Positions 35,211-46,035 of a stretch of DNA of 64,000 nucleotides are shown here, one piece after another; position 1 is the first letter of the stretch; every line of letters starts with the position of its first letter. The notes beneath the pieces are model-generated. The model was not told the origin of the DNA, did not search any database, and saw nothing but the letters and a program-made list of their open reading frames with translations. The translations under genes and the position numbers were made by a program. The DNA is from Candidatus Helarchaeota archaeon (GTDB lineage: Archaea; Asgardarchaeota; Lokiarchaeia; Helarchaeales; RDOG01): positions 599,536-663,535 of the forward strand of contig JAHPZH010000001.1 in assembly GCA_019058315.1 (NCBI GenBank). Reading direction: 5' to 3'.

Positions 35211-36101
35211 TTGCCAAGTAAAGAACTTGAAAAAATTATCAATATGATTAAGTCCCGTGAGCTCGCAGAAGATCGCACAATGGAAGAAATGAGAGCGGAT
35301 TCGGAAGAATGGGCACAACAATTCCCAGTTGCTTCTAATACTGATTGTAAACCAATAAAAGTGGGAAATATTGATGCTGAATGGGTAATAAATTCTAATG
35401 CGAAGGATGATAGGGTGGTGTTATTCCTTCATGGAGGTGGGTATTTATTAGGTTCTATAAATACTCATAGGGCTTTAGCTTCGGACATCTCTAAATCCTC
35501 CGAAGCACAAGTATTACTTATAGCATATAGACTGGCCCCTGAACATCCCTATCCCGCGGCAGTTGAAGATTCTAAAGCTGCATATCGTTGGTTACTAAAA
35601 AAAGGATATGAACCATCTCAAATTGTAGTCGCTGGAGATTCTGCTGGAGGTGGTTTAGCAGTTGCGATTTGTGTTGCATTGAGGGATGAAGGAGTTAAGC
35701 TCCCGGCTGCTATAGTGAGTCTTTCACCATGGATCGATATGGAGGCAATAGGAGAATCTATGACAACTAATGCTGAAATTGATCCGAATGTTCAACGTGA
35801 CCCTCTTATTGAAATGGCAAAAGTATATCTTGGTGGTGCAGATCTTCGAACTCCGTTAGCAAATCCTTTATATGCAGACCTTAAAGGTTTACCACCAATT
35901 CTAATACAGGTAGGAAAACGAGAAACCCTACTTGATGATTCAACTCGTCTTGCTGAAGTAGCAAAAAAAGCAGGTGTAGAAGTAATTTTAGAGCCTTGGG
36001 AAGATATGATACATGTATGGCATAGATATGCTTATATATTACCAGAGGGAAGAGAAGCTATCAAGCGGGTTGGGGACTTCATTCGCCTACATACTGGTTA
36101 A
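35211..36101 (+). CDS. Alpha/beta hydrolase, HSL-family esterase
   Basis: HGGG, YRLAPEHPYPA, GDSAGG, D/H triad residues. Confidence 0.92.
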   Translation: MPSKELEKIINMIKSRELAEDRTMEEMRADSEEWAQQFPVASNTDCKPIKVGNIDAEWVINSNAKDDRVVLFLHGGGYLLGSINTHRALASDISKSSEAQVLLIAYRLAPEHPYPAAVEDSKAAYRWLLKKGYEPSQIVVAGDSAGGGLAVAICVALRDEGVKLPAAIVSLSPWIDMEAIGESMTTNAEIDPNVQRDPLIEMAKVYLGGADLRTPLANPLYADLKGLPPILIQVGKRETLLDDSTRLAEVAKKAGVEVILEPWEDMIHVWHRYAYILPEGREAIKRVGDFIRLHTG

Positions 36102-36162
36102 GTATTTTAATACTTTAGATTATTATTAAAGCAGTTGAAAGATTAATTGAATTTTAGCTAAG

Positions 36163-37434
36163 GTGAAATATTTGAATTTTAGGGAATACCTTAAAACCAT
36201 AAAATTTCGTGAAATCAAGAAGGATATTAATCCCAAATTTGAAATGGCCGCTATCCTCAAAGAATTAGATGGAATACCAGTATATTTTACCAAATTAAAT
36301 GTTGTTGGAAACATTTTTTCAAATTTAGAGCTATTATCTCAGAGTATTGGATTAAAAAAATTTGATGATTGGATCCCAAAACTCATTGAAGCTCAAGCTA
36401 AACCGGGGAAAATAATTGAAAAGGGAACACCTAAAGATATGCATCCCATTGAAATTACTGATCTTCCAGTTTTAACACATTATGAAAATGATGCAGGGGC
36501 GTATATTACCAGTGGTGCAGTGATTGCCCAAAGAGGAGAAAGAAGGAATGCATCTGTCCATAGAATATTAATCATCGATGAAAATACATTGGTTATGAGG
36601 ATTGTAAGACGCCATTTATATGATATATTTGTGGATGCTAAAGAACATGGTGAAAATTTACCTCTTTCTATATGTTTAGGTATTCCTCCTGCTGCACAAA
36701 TTGCCGCTGCAACTTCAATTCCTCCAGATCAATATGAAATGGAATTTGCTGCTGCATTAAATAATGGTAAACTTGAAGTTTTTCAAGGACTCCCAGAAAG
36801 CGAAATAATAATTCGTGGTGAACTTTTACATGATGAAGAAATAGATGAAGGACCTTTTTATGATATTGCTAGTAAATACGACATTGTTAGAAAACAACCA
36901 ACTTTTAAAATAGATTCCATTTTGGCTAAAAAAGATTTTATATATCACGCTTTGCTTCCAGCTTGTAATGATCATCTTTTCCTTATGGGGCTTCCCAGAG
37001 TTCCTTTTATTTATGAAGAAACAAGAAATTCAGGTGTTGATGTTAAAAATGTATATTTGAGCCCTGGAGGCTCTGGATGGCTAAAAGCAATTGTTGCTAT
37101 TAATAAAAAGTCCGAAAATGATGTAAAAAAAGCCGCAGATGCGGTATTAAGAGCTCATAAAAGTGTCAAATATATAATTATTACAGATGATGATATTGAT
37201 ATCACTGATAACCTTCAAGTAGAGAGAGCCGTCACCTTAAATAGCCTTTTTACAAAAAATAATCCATTAATATTAGAAAATGTTTATGGTTCTTCCTTAG
37301 ATCCTCGAGCGAAGGATGACATTGGCTCAAAAATGATCCTCGATGCTACTAAACCTCTCCAAAAAAGAGAATTAAGCTTTGAAAAAGGTGGGATTCCGAT
37401 ATCCCAAAAACGTTTAAAGGAGTTATTAGACTGA
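36163..37434 (+). CDS. UbiD-family decarboxylase, likely anhydromevalonate phosphate decarboxylase
   Basis: DAGAYITSG, NASVHR, EGPF.D, GSSLDP; context with ubiX, ipk and aconitase X. Confidence 0.85.
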   Translation: MKYLNFREYLKTIKFREIKKDINPKFEMAAILKELDGIPVYFTKLNVVGNIFSNLELLSQSIGLKKFDDWIPKLIEAQAKPGKIIEKGTPKDMHPIEITDLPVLTHYENDAGAYITSGAVIAQRGERRNASVHRILIIDENTLVMRIVRRHLYDIFVDAKEHGENLPLSICLGIPPAAQIAAATSIPPDQYEMEFAAALNNGKLEVFQGLPESEIIIRGELLHDEEIDEGPFYDIASKYDIVRKQPTFKIDSILAKKDFIYHALLPACNDHLFLMGLPRVPFIYEETRNSGVDVKNVYLSPGGSGWLKAIVAINKKSENDVKKAADAVLRAHKSVKYIIITDDDIDITDNLQVERAVTLNSLFTKNNPLILENVYGSSLDPRAKDDIGSKMILDATKPLQKRELSFEKGGIPISQKRLKELLD

Positions 37435-37436
37435 GT

Positions 37437-38879
37437 TTGAAAATTTATACAAAACAATCAATCTCCTTACTTGACGGAATAGACCGCAAAACTGGAATTA
37501 TTACCCAGAAGGGTCATGAATTAGAGGGTAAATGTATTGCTAATTCTGTGTTAAGGTTTCCAAAAAGTACCGGATCTACAGTTGGAGTTAGCACATTATT
37601 AGAATTAAAAGAGAATTCTGTTGCTCCAAAAAAAATAATCTTAGGTAAACCAGATTCAAATGTTATTGCAGGTTGTATTTTAGCTGAAATACCAATTGAG
37701 GTTGAAGGAATTAAAATAAAAAAATTAACTGAAAGAGAATTGGGTAAAATACAGCATTTACCAAAATATTTGCAAGATATTTTAATAAAAGAAGCAGAAA
37801 TTTCTGGGGCTGAAGGATTTATTCAAATAGATAGTGTTCAAATAGCTGGAGTATCATATAAAACTGTTGGAGAAGGTGGTCTAAAAGCTATAAAATACTT
37901 GACTGATAAAGGTGACAAAGTTAAAGTTCCTACTACTTTAAATCCTTCCGGAATGGATTTAGAAGAGTGGAAAGAACAAGGAATTTCAGCTAATTTTGCA
38001 GAAAAACAGCTTGAAATAATTAATGCATTTAAAAAAATTGGAGCAATTCCAACTGCATCCTGTATACCTTATAGTTTAGGAAATTTTGCTCCATCTGGTA
38101 GACATATTGCATTTGGTGAAAGTTCCGCAGTAAATTATGCAAATTCAGTTCTAGGATGCAAAACAAACCGTGAGAATTCGGTTAAGACTATTATTTCTGC
38201 ACTTTCAGGGTATACTTTGAATAATGGTATGCATTTATCTGAGAATAGAAAACCAGATTGTGAAATTCATGTCAAATGTGAGTTAAATAGTTTTTCTGAT
38301 TATGGTGCTTTGGGTTATTATGCAGGGGAAAATTCAGAAATACCATATTTTACCGGGATTTCTCCTAATTTATGGGAATTAAAAGCTATATCAGCAGCCA
38401 GTGCTGCAGTAGGTTCAGTATCCCTGTTTTTTGTAGAAGGAATGATCTCTACGGATGAAAATAATATTAAAAAGAAAATTAATTTTGGAAAGAAGGATTT
38501 AAATTCGATTTATAAAAAATTAAATACAACAGATAAAACTCCTGATTTAATTACCGTAGGTTGTCCACATTACGATATGTTTGAAATTAATATGGTTGCA
38601 CGTTTATTAGAAGATCGAAGATTAAGAATTCCTTTTTGGATTATGACTGCGAATTTGTTTAAAGAACAAGCAAGACAACTTGGTTTTAAGAAAATAATTG
38701 AGAAAGCAGGTGCAAAATTATACTCTGATACATGTATGGTTGTTGCACCAATAGAAGATCTTGGTTTTAAAATAACTGCAACAAACTCCGCAAAAGCCGC
38801 AAAATATTTACCTTCTTTTTGTAAGCAAGAGGTAATTTTTAAACCTTTAGAAATATTAATTGAGCTTGCTTGTTCATAA
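37437..38879 (+). CDS. Aconitase X (fused small and large subunit), likely phosphomevalonate dehydratase
   Basis: N-terminal swivel domain (GSTVG); catalytic motifs GVSYK, TTLNP, ESSA, GCPH, DTCMVV, TNSAKAA. Confidence 0.88.
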   Translation: MKIYTKQSISLLDGIDRKTGIITQKGHELEGKCIANSVLRFPKSTGSTVGVSTLLELKENSVAPKKIILGKPDSNVIAGCILAEIPIEVEGIKIKKLTERELGKIQHLPKYLQDILIKEAEISGAEGFIQIDSVQIAGVSYKTVGEGGLKAIKYLTDKGDKVKVPTTLNPSGMDLEEWKEQGISANFAEKQLEIINAFKKIGAIPTASCIPYSLGNFAPSGRHIAFGESSAVNYANSVLGCKTNRENSVKTIISALSGYTLNNGMHLSENRKPDCEIHVKCELNSFSDYGALGYYAGENSEIPYFTGISPNLWELKAISAASAAVGSVSLFFVEGMISTDENNIKKKINFGKKDLNSIYKKLNTTDKTPDLITVGCPHYDMFEINMVARLLEDRRLRIPFWIMTANLFKEQARQLGFKKIIEKAGAKLYSDTCMVVAPIEDLGFKITATNSAKAAKYLPSFCKQEVIFKPLEILIELACS

Positions 38880-38888
38880 AAATTTAAC

Positions 38889-39359
38889 TTAATCAACATC
38901 AACTGGTATCTTACACTTATTACATCTTTTAGCTCCACGAAATAACTTATTACCGCATTCTGGGCAAATATATCTTTTTTCTTCTTCTTCAACCCATTTT
39001 TCAGTTCCAAGCTCTCGCCATTGTGGGATAGCACGCTGAATAACTTTTTTTCCTACTGGAATTGGGAAATTATTTATCATTTTACAAGGCCAATCATCGC
39101 ATTGATGGCAACCTTCAATCCCTTTTTTTATTGTACAATCTTTAATTGGGCAGGTTTTACAAACGCTAAAAACAACCCCATCCGAAAAACAACCTGTACA
39201 TTGGATCTCATCTGGACTTGATGTAAAGGGATAAACCTTTACTAATAATTTTTTAAATTTTGGATTATTATCTCTATGTGCAATATAAATGGCACAAACT
39301 CCGCAATATAAACCACATGGAGCTAATAATTCTTTTTTTACTTCTGTCATTTTTATCAT
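38889..39359 (-). CDS. Cys-rich DUF3795-like protein
   Basis: APCGLYCGVC, CTGC, CPIKDC, GCHQC..WPC, C-terminal Zn ribbon. Confidence 0.8.
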   Translation of the reverse strand: MIKMTEVKKELLAPCGLYCGVCAIYIAHRDNNPKFKKLLVKVYPFTSSPDEIQCTGCFSDGVVFSVCKTCPIKDCTIKKGIEGCHQCDDWPCKMINNFPIPVGKKVIQRAIPQWRELGTEKWVEEEEKRYICPECGNKLFRGAKRCNKCKIPVDVD

Positions 39360-39447
39360 TTTACCTTTTTAAATTAATTATTTGAATTTTTTTTAGAAAT
39401 TTATTAATTCAAAAAAATATATATAATACTGCAAATAGAATAAAGGA

Positions 39448-40323
39448 GTGCTTCTTTTGAGATTAGGTGCCCATATGCCAATTGGTGGTGGAATCTATAA
39501 AAGTATTGAAAGAGGAGAAGGAATAGGTTGTGAATCTATTCAGATCTTTACGAAATCAAACAGGCAATGGACTGCAAAACCACTCAAAAAAGAGGACATT
39601 GAAAAATTCATAGAAACGAAGAAGAAATATGAATCAAAAATTTTTCCAATCTTTGCTCACACTAGTTATCTAATTAATCTTGCCTCCCCTGAAAAGGAAA
39701 CTTATGATAAATCCTTTAATGCAATGCTTATTGAATTAGAGAGAGCAGAAGCGTTAGAATTATCTTATTTAGTGTATCATCCAGGTTCACATCTTGATAA
39801 AAAAAATCCTAAGACTGGTTCAGAAAAAGGCATTAAACGAATTGCGAAAGCCATCAATGAATTACATGAGAAGACAGAAGGGTATAAAGTAATGATTTGC
39901 CTTGAAACAATGGCTGGTCAAGGTACAAATATTGGTAGGAAATTTGAGGATTTAGCTCAAATAATTAAATTAATTACCGACGATTCTCGAATAGGTGTCT
40001 GTTATGATACCTGTCATTCATTCGCCGCTGGGTATGATATTCGAACTGAAAAAGCTTATAATAAAACATTTGAAGAATTTGAAAGCGTTATAGGTTTTGA
40101 TAGGCTTATAGTCTTTCATATAAATGATTCTGTGGGTGAATTAAATCGTCGTAAAGATCGACATGAACATATAGGTAAAGGTAAAATAGGAAAAGCAGGT
40201 TTTAAACTCCTTCTTAATGATTCAAGGTTCAAAGATCTTGGTGGCACATTAGAAACACCAAAGGGAAAAGAATTAGCTGAAGATGTTGAGAATTTAAAAG
40301 TTTTAAGAAGTCTCTATGATTAA
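39448..40323 (+). CDS. nfo: Endonuclease IV
   Basis: GAH, HTSYLINL, HPGS, ETMAGQG, DTCH, HIND, DRHEHIG, LETP. Confidence 0.95.
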   Translation: MLLLRLGAHMPIGGGIYKSIERGEGIGCESIQIFTKSNRQWTAKPLKKEDIEKFIETKKKYESKIFPIFAHTSYLINLASPEKETYDKSFNAMLIELERAEALELSYLVYHPGSHLDKKNPKTGSEKGIKRIAKAINELHEKTEGYKVMICLETMAGQGTNIGRKFEDLAQIIKLITDDSRIGVCYDTCHSFAAGYDIRTEKAYNKTFEEFESVIGFDRLIVFHINDSVGELNRRKDRHEHIGKGKIGKAGFKLLLNDSRFKDLGGTLETPKGKELAEDVENLKVLRSLYD

Positions 40324-40332
40324 GATCTAAAT

Positions 40333-41562
40333 TTAATTTGTGTATTGCTTAATTTTTTTAGTTATTTCATCAATTTCTCTTTCAAAGTTTTCAAAATCAG
40401 CTAATTTTAACCCGGGCATTTTCATTTGTGTTCTTAAGTATTCTATTTCTTTAATAAAACCATCTATTATTCTTTTTTTACAGAAAGCAACAACTGCTTG
40501 TGTCCCCCTTGAATATGCATCTTTGTCCTCCTGATATGAAAAATGATAAGATGATATGTTAAAAATTTTTAAATTAATTAGATTCTCTAAACCTTCAAGC
40601 TTTTTAATATTCTTATTATTAAAGACTCTTAATTCTTGTAATTGAGAAAGCTTTCCTAATCCTTCTAATTTAATAAGTTTATTATTATCCAGAGATAATT
40701 TCTCTAGTTGGGAAAGCTCATCTAATCCTTCAATTTTTGAGATCTTATTATTATTTAAATTTATATCTAATAACTGGGCAAGTTTATCTAGATTTTCTAA
40801 ATTACTTATCTTATTTGAAGAGAGATTTAATTCTTTTAACTGTGTTAATTTCTCTAATCCTTCAATTTTAATAATTTTATTCGCAGAAAGGTTTAAAGTC
40901 TGCAATTGGGAAAGTTTACCTAATCTTTCAATCTTTACGAGTTTATTTTTTCTAATATTTAGCTCTTCTATTTGTATAAGGTCATCTAATTCTTGTATCT
41001 GTGTAATTTGGTTATAATCAATGCTAAGCTTTTTCAATTGAGAGAGATTCTTTAATCCCTCTATTTTAATAATTTTATTTCTTCCAAGATCTAATTCTTG
41101 CAATTGAGGAAGGTTTTCAAGTCCCTCTATCTTTTTTATTTGATTAGTACTAAGATCTAGTATTTTTAATTGTTTTAGATTCTCTAATCCTTCTATTTTC
41201 GAAATTTTATTATTTTTAAGGATCAATTCTTGTAATTGAGAAAGATTTTCTAACCCTTCTAGCTTTTTTATATAATTATTTTTCAGTTCTATTCTTTTTA
41301 AATTGGTTAAATCTTCTAAATTTTCCATATTATCCAAATAATCATTTGTGGCTCTTAATTCTTGTAAATTTTTAAGATTTACAATTAATTTAGGAAGACC
41401 TTTGCCGCTAACGTTTATTCTAGTAAAAGTCGGAAATTTTAGGCTCGTAACATGCCCCTTTTTATCAATTTTATAACTTCTGGTTTTTACATATTTGTTT
41501 TTCTCAAATTCGGAAATTGTTTTTTTTTCTCCTGAATCCTTGATTTTATCGATTTTTTTCAT
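40333..41562 (-). CDS. SDS22-like leucine-rich repeat protein
   Basis: 22-aa repeats L.L..N.I.KIEGLE.L.QL. Confidence 0.9.
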   Translation of the reverse strand: MKKIDKIKDSGEKKTISEFEKNKYVKTRSYKIDKKGHVTSLKFPTFTRINVSGKGLPKLIVNLKNLQELRATNDYLDNMENLEDLTNLKRIELKNNYIKKLEGLENLSQLQELILKNNKISKIEGLENLKQLKILDLSTNQIKKIEGLENLPQLQELDLGRNKIIKIEGLKNLSQLKKLSIDYNQITQIQELDDLIQIEELNIRKNKLVKIERLGKLSQLQTLNLSANKIIKIEGLEKLTQLKELNLSSNKISNLENLDKLAQLLDINLNNNKISKIEGLDELSQLEKLSLDNNKLIKLEGLGKLSQLQELRVFNNKNIKKLEGLENLINLKIFNISSYHFSYQEDKDAYSRGTQAVVAFCKKRIIDGFIKEIEYLRTQMKMPGLKLADFENFEREIDEITKKIKQYTN

Positions 41563-43106
41563 TTAAATTCCTTAATTTCACTATATATTTTATCAATTTC
41601 TCTTTTCATATATTCATAATCTAATTTTTTCAATCCATTCAAATTAAGTCGTGCTTTTAACTCCTTTAATTTCTCGGTAAGCTCATTTAGTTTTCTTTTT
41701 CTACAATATTCAACAAAAGCCGCAGCTATTTTAAATGTATTATGTATTTTATTAATTTTTTTATTTACTTCTTGATCCTCAGGCGATAATGAATCTGAAG
41801 GAAACCATATATTATTTAATTTAGATAAGTGTTCTAAACCCTCGATCTTTTTAATCGGATTACTTCCAAGTTGAAATTCTACTAATTCAGATAGAGTATC
41901 TAACCCCTCAATTTTTGTGATTTGATTCTTATGAAGCTTTAAATATTTTAATTGAGTAAGGTTTTCTAATCCTTCAATTTTTTTGATCTGATTATGAGCA
42001 AGCTCTAAATTTTTTAATTGCGCTAAATTTTCTAAGCCTTCGATTTTTTGTATCTGATTTCCATGTATATTATCACCAAAATATAATTCTTTTAATTTCT
42101 TAAGGTTATTTAATCCTTCTATTTTTGTAATTTTGTTAGCTTGAAGAGACAATTCTTCTAATTGAGTAAGATTCTCTAAACCTTCCAATTTTTTTATTGA
42201 ATTAAATTCAAGTTTTAAATATTTTAGATTCAATAAATTTTCTAGTCCCTCAATTTTGGTTAATTTATTATGCCAAAGAAATAATTCTTCTAAAAGTGAG
42301 AGGTTTTCTAATCCTTCAATCTTTTTAATATTAGTATATCTGACATCTAAACGTTTTAATTGGCTGAGATTTTCCAAACCCTCTAACTTGTTTATCGGAT
42401 TTTTTCCAATGAATAAATATTCTAATTGTGTTAGGTTTTCCAATCCTTGGATTCTTGAAATTTTATTTTCACCCAACCATAACCTTTTTAATTTTGTGAG
42501 GTTCTCCAAACCTTCTAACTTTGAAAATTTATTCCCTCTAATCCCCAAACCTTCCAAATTTAATAGGTTATTCAACCCTTCAATTTTTTTGATCTGACAA
42601 TCATCAAGATGTAAATTTGTTAATTGGGAAAGGCTATCTAACCCCTCTATTTTCTCAATCTTATTCTCGGAAAGAGATAACGATTGTAATTGAGTTAACT
42701 TATCTAAACCTTCAATCTTTGTAATTTCATTATAATATAAGCTTAAATTCTTTAATTGAGTGAGTTTATCTAATCCTTCAATTTTCTTTATACTCAAATA
42801 GTCTAACTGCAATTCCTCTAATTTTGTTAACCTTTCCAACCCTTGTATTTTTTCAAGATGCCCTACACTTTCAAGCTCACCCTCCCAAAAATCATAAGTA
42901 TCTCCACGAAGGGTTAATCTTTGTAAATTTGAAAAATTTCCGATGATATCCAAACAAATTTTTCCTATTGGGCCTTCTTTCACTTCAATTACAATAACAT
43001 TTCCATTATCGACTTGAAAATTATAGGTTTCTAATTTCATTTCCTTGAGTAATTTTTTCATATCTTCTCTTTCGGTCAAATCCTGAATCTTTTCCAACTT
43101 ATCCAT
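41559..43106 (-). CDS. SDS22-like leucine-rich repeat protein
   Basis: About 17 22-aa LRRs; C-terminal cap shared with the neighbour. Confidence 0.9.
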   Translation of the reverse strand: MDKLEKIQDLTEREDMKKLLKEMKLETYNFQVDNGNVIVIEVKEGPIGKICLDIIGNFSNLQRLTLRGDTYDFWEGELESVGHLEKIQGLERLTKLEELQLDYLSIKKIEGLDKLTQLKNLSLYYNEITKIEGLDKLTQLQSLSLSENKIEKIEGLDSLSQLTNLHLDDCQIKKIEGLNNLLNLEGLGIRGNKFSKLEGLENLTKLKRLWLGENKISRIQGLENLTQLEYLFIGKNPINKLEGLENLSQLKRLDVRYTNIKKIEGLENLSLLEELFLWHNKLTKIEGLENLLNLKYLKLEFNSIKKLEGLENLTQLEELSLQANKITKIEGLNNLKKLKELYFGDNIHGNQIQKIEGLENLAQLKNLELAHNQIKKIEGLENLTQLKYLKLHKNQITKIEGLDTLSELVEFQLGSNPIKKIEGLEHLSKLNNIWFPSDSLSPEDQEVNKKINKIHNTFKIAAAFVEYCRKRKLNELTEKLKELKARLNLNGLKKLDYEYMKREIDKIYSEIKEFK

Positions 43107-43284
43107 TAAATCCGCTCAAATATTACATTTTTCTCTTTTAAATCCCTGATTCTTTTTGCTTTTTTCATTTGAATCATCAAAGTAATGTGTAAAATTCTTT
43201 TTATGTTTTTAATAATTTAATAATTTGAGTAATATAAAATATTAACAAACTTTCCATAAATCTTTCTTAAATAGAGGAAATCGC

Positions 43285-44085
43285 TTGTTAAAAATTGTAT
43301 TTACAACCGATTTGCATGGTAGAAAGTATAAATATAAAAAATTTTTTAACTTAGATGCAAATATTTACATTATTGGAGGAGATTTGCTCTCTATTGGAGG
43401 AAGTTTTACTCAAATTTATCAAAATCAAAAAAAATTTACAGAAGAAGTTATATATAAACTATTAAAAGAAAAAGAAGGATCTTGTGAAATTCTAATAATG
43501 TCTGGTAATAATGACTTACCATTTTTTGAAAATTACATAGAAAAATGGGAAAATGAGGGATTATGTAAACAATTACATGGCAGAAAGTATAATTATGATG
43601 GAATTGAAATAATAGGATTTAAATATGTTCCCCCTACACCCTTTATATTTAAGAACTATGAAAGAGGGGATGAAAGAGATATAGGCCACCAAATCTTAAA
43701 ACCCGTATTATTTGACAGAAATGGGAAATACACAATAATAAATTTTGAAGATTATTTAAAATCAAATAAAACTATTTCTGAATTATTGGAAGAGTTGCCA
43801 AAACCAGCAGACTTTTCTAAAACAATATATATAATGCACACTCCACCATTTAATTGTGATTTGGACAGAGTTCATGATGGAAGGATTGTAGGATCTATTG
43901 ATATTAGGAAATTCATTGAAAAAAATCAACCAAAATTAGTATTATGTGGGCATATTCACGAAAGTAGGGCCCAAACGCGTATTGGAAGTACAATATGTAT
44001 CAATGATGGGCAGATCGGTAACAAACTTCATTATGTAAGTTTTGAAATAAACCGAGGACAAGTAAAAAATATAATTTTGAAATGA
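43285..44085 (+). CDS. Icc-like metallophosphoesterase
   Basis: DLHG, GGD, GNND, HTPP, GHIHE. Confidence 0.88.
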   Translation: MLKIVFTTDLHGRKYKYKKFFNLDANIYIIGGDLLSIGGSFTQIYQNQKKFTEEVIYKLLKEKEGSCEILIMSGNNDLPFFENYIEKWENEGLCKQLHGRKYNYDGIEIIGFKYVPPTPFIFKNYERGDERDIGHQILKPVLFDRNGKYTIINFEDYLKSNKTISELLEELPKPADFSKTIYIMHTPPFNCDLDRVHDGRIVGSIDIRKFIEKNQPKLVLCGHIHESRAQTRIGSTICINDGQIGNKLHYVSFEINRGQVKNIILK

Positions 44086-44148
44086 ATTACATAATATAAT
44101 TAAAATCTATATCAATTAAAAAAGAAAAAAAGGTATGAGAAATTAAGA

Positions 44149-45915
44149 TTACTGCTTTTTCATCTCCCGATCTCGTAATGCACGACGCATTACCTTGCCC
44201 ACAGCCGTCTTAGGTATAGATGAGATAAACTCCACCTCTCTGGGGTACTTATAACCAGCTATATTTTCTTTAGCCCATTCAATTATTTCTTCTGTTGTTG
44301 TGTCTTTAAAATCTTGTTTCAATTTGATAAATGCCTTGATTTTTTCTCCAGTTAATTTATCTGGAATGCCAATTACTCCGACTTCTAAAACTGCTGGATG
44401 CTCATAAAGACTAGCTTCGACTTCTGCTGGTAAAATTCTATATCCTTTATATTTGATCATTTCTTTTGAACGCCCAGAAATGTAAAAATACCCATTTTCA
44501 TCCATCCGACTAATATCACCAGTCCTAAGCCAAATTTTTCCTTTTTCATCTTTAATCAAAACTCGTGCGGTAGCTTCTGGATTCTTCCAGTATCCTTTCA
44601 TTACTTGTGGTCCTCTAATTAAAAGCTCGCCATCTTGTCCTGGTTCCAATTCTTCTAATGTATCTAGGTCTACAATTTTAACATCGGTATCGATAATTGG
44701 TAAGCCTATAGAGGCAGGAATCCATTTTGCCCAGCTTTGAGGTTGCATGTGGGTACCAGGACTACATTCAGTTAATCCAAAGACTTGACGAACTTGAACT
44801 CCAGCTACTTCTTCCCACTCTTTTGCAACAGCTGGAGCTACTGCTGCACCACCTGCTGCTACTCTATCTAATGAAGTTAAATCTCGTTTTTTAAAGTCAG
44901 GATGGTTTGCAATCATAATATACATAGTAGGTACGCCAGAAAAAGCCTCAACTTTGTACATTTCAATTGATTCTAAAATGGATGCAATATTTAAAGAATC
45001 ATAAACAATTAATTGTGTTGCAGCGGCTGAATAGCCGAGGATTGAGATCATACCAAATGTGTGACATAAGGGAAGAACCATTATAAAAGATATTTTTCCA
45101 TAATTTTTATCGAGATATTCCTCTTTAAATTCATCCATAAAATTCCCCAATTGACTAAGATTAGCAAGAATGTTAAAATGAGTCAAGATGACTCCCTTCG
45201 GAAGTCCCGTTGTCCCTCCTGTATATAATAAACAAAATAGATCTTCTTTTATATTAATTGGAATTTTTTCTTCTAAAGGTTGATATTTTTCGAGTAACTC
45301 ATGAAAATTTAATATTTCTACACCAGGAATTTCTCTTGTTTTTCCTTCATCTTCTATATCTTCTTTTATGAGAATAATTTTTTCAAGATCAAATTCTTTA
45401 CTTGAACGCTTAAATAGTGCAAAATTCTTTTCATGGACTACTGCAATTTTAACATCGCCACAATCTCTTAAAATGTGGGATACTTCGAGCTTTTTTAGTA
45501 AAGGATTTATTGGAACCAAAACTGCGCCTAATTTTGCGCATGCCCACATAGCAATAACAAATTCTGGGCAATTTTTTGAATTTAATGCGACTGGAATACC
45601 CTTTTTAACACCAAGATCTCTTAAGGCATTTGCCATCTTCTTTGAATAGTATAGAATTTCTCGATAGGTATATTTCTGCTCTTTTGGTTTAAAATTTATC
45701 GCAACATTGTTTGGAAAATTCATCGCCACTAGCTTTAATACACAAAATACACCATTATATTTTTCTATAGCATCATAATTCAAGGTTTTTGGCATCCATT
45801 CAGGATAATTTTTATACCAAAGTCGATCGGGTCTTACCCATGGGCTTGGGACATCAAATTTACCGGTTCCTTCACCTGGATCAACTGGACATTCTTCATC
45901 AAATTCAAATTTCAA
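44149..45915 (-). CDS. Long-chain acyl-CoA synthetase
   Basis: YTGGTTGLPKG, FGLTE, GPQVMKGYW, RTGD, PKTAVGK. Confidence 0.9.
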   Translation of the reverse strand: MKFEFDEECPVDPGEGTGKFDVPSPWVRPDRLWYKNYPEWMPKTLNYDAIEKYNGVFCVLKLVAMNFPNNVAINFKPKEQKYTYREILYYSKKMANALRDLGVKKGIPVALNSKNCPEFVIAMWACAKLGAVLVPINPLLKKLEVSHILRDCGDVKIAVVHEKNFALFKRSSKEFDLEKIILIKEDIEDEGKTREIPGVEILNFHELLEKYQPLEEKIPINIKEDLFCLLYTGGTTGLPKGVILTHFNILANLSQLGNFMDEFKEEYLDKNYGKISFIMVLPLCHTFGMISILGYSAAATQLIVYDSLNIASILESIEMYKVEAFSGVPTMYIMIANHPDFKKRDLTSLDRVAAGGAAVAPAVAKEWEEVAGVQVRQVFGLTECSPGTHMQPQSWAKWIPASIGLPIIDTDVKIVDLDTLEELEPGQDGELLIRGPQVMKGYWKNPEATARVLIKDEKGKIWLRTGDISRMDENGYFYISGRSKEMIKYKGYRILPAEVEASLYEHPAVLEVGVIGIPDKLTGEKIKAFIKLKQDFKDTTTEEIIEWAKENIAGYKYPREVEFISSIPKTAVGKVMRRALRDREMKKQ

Positions 45916-46035
45916 TTTTTGTTTCTCCTTTTAAAGTAACAAATAATTAAAATAATTATTATATCCTCATTTCTTATGAATACTTTATATAATTATCTAA
46001 AATTTAATGCGATCTAAATAAATAAATGACTTAAA

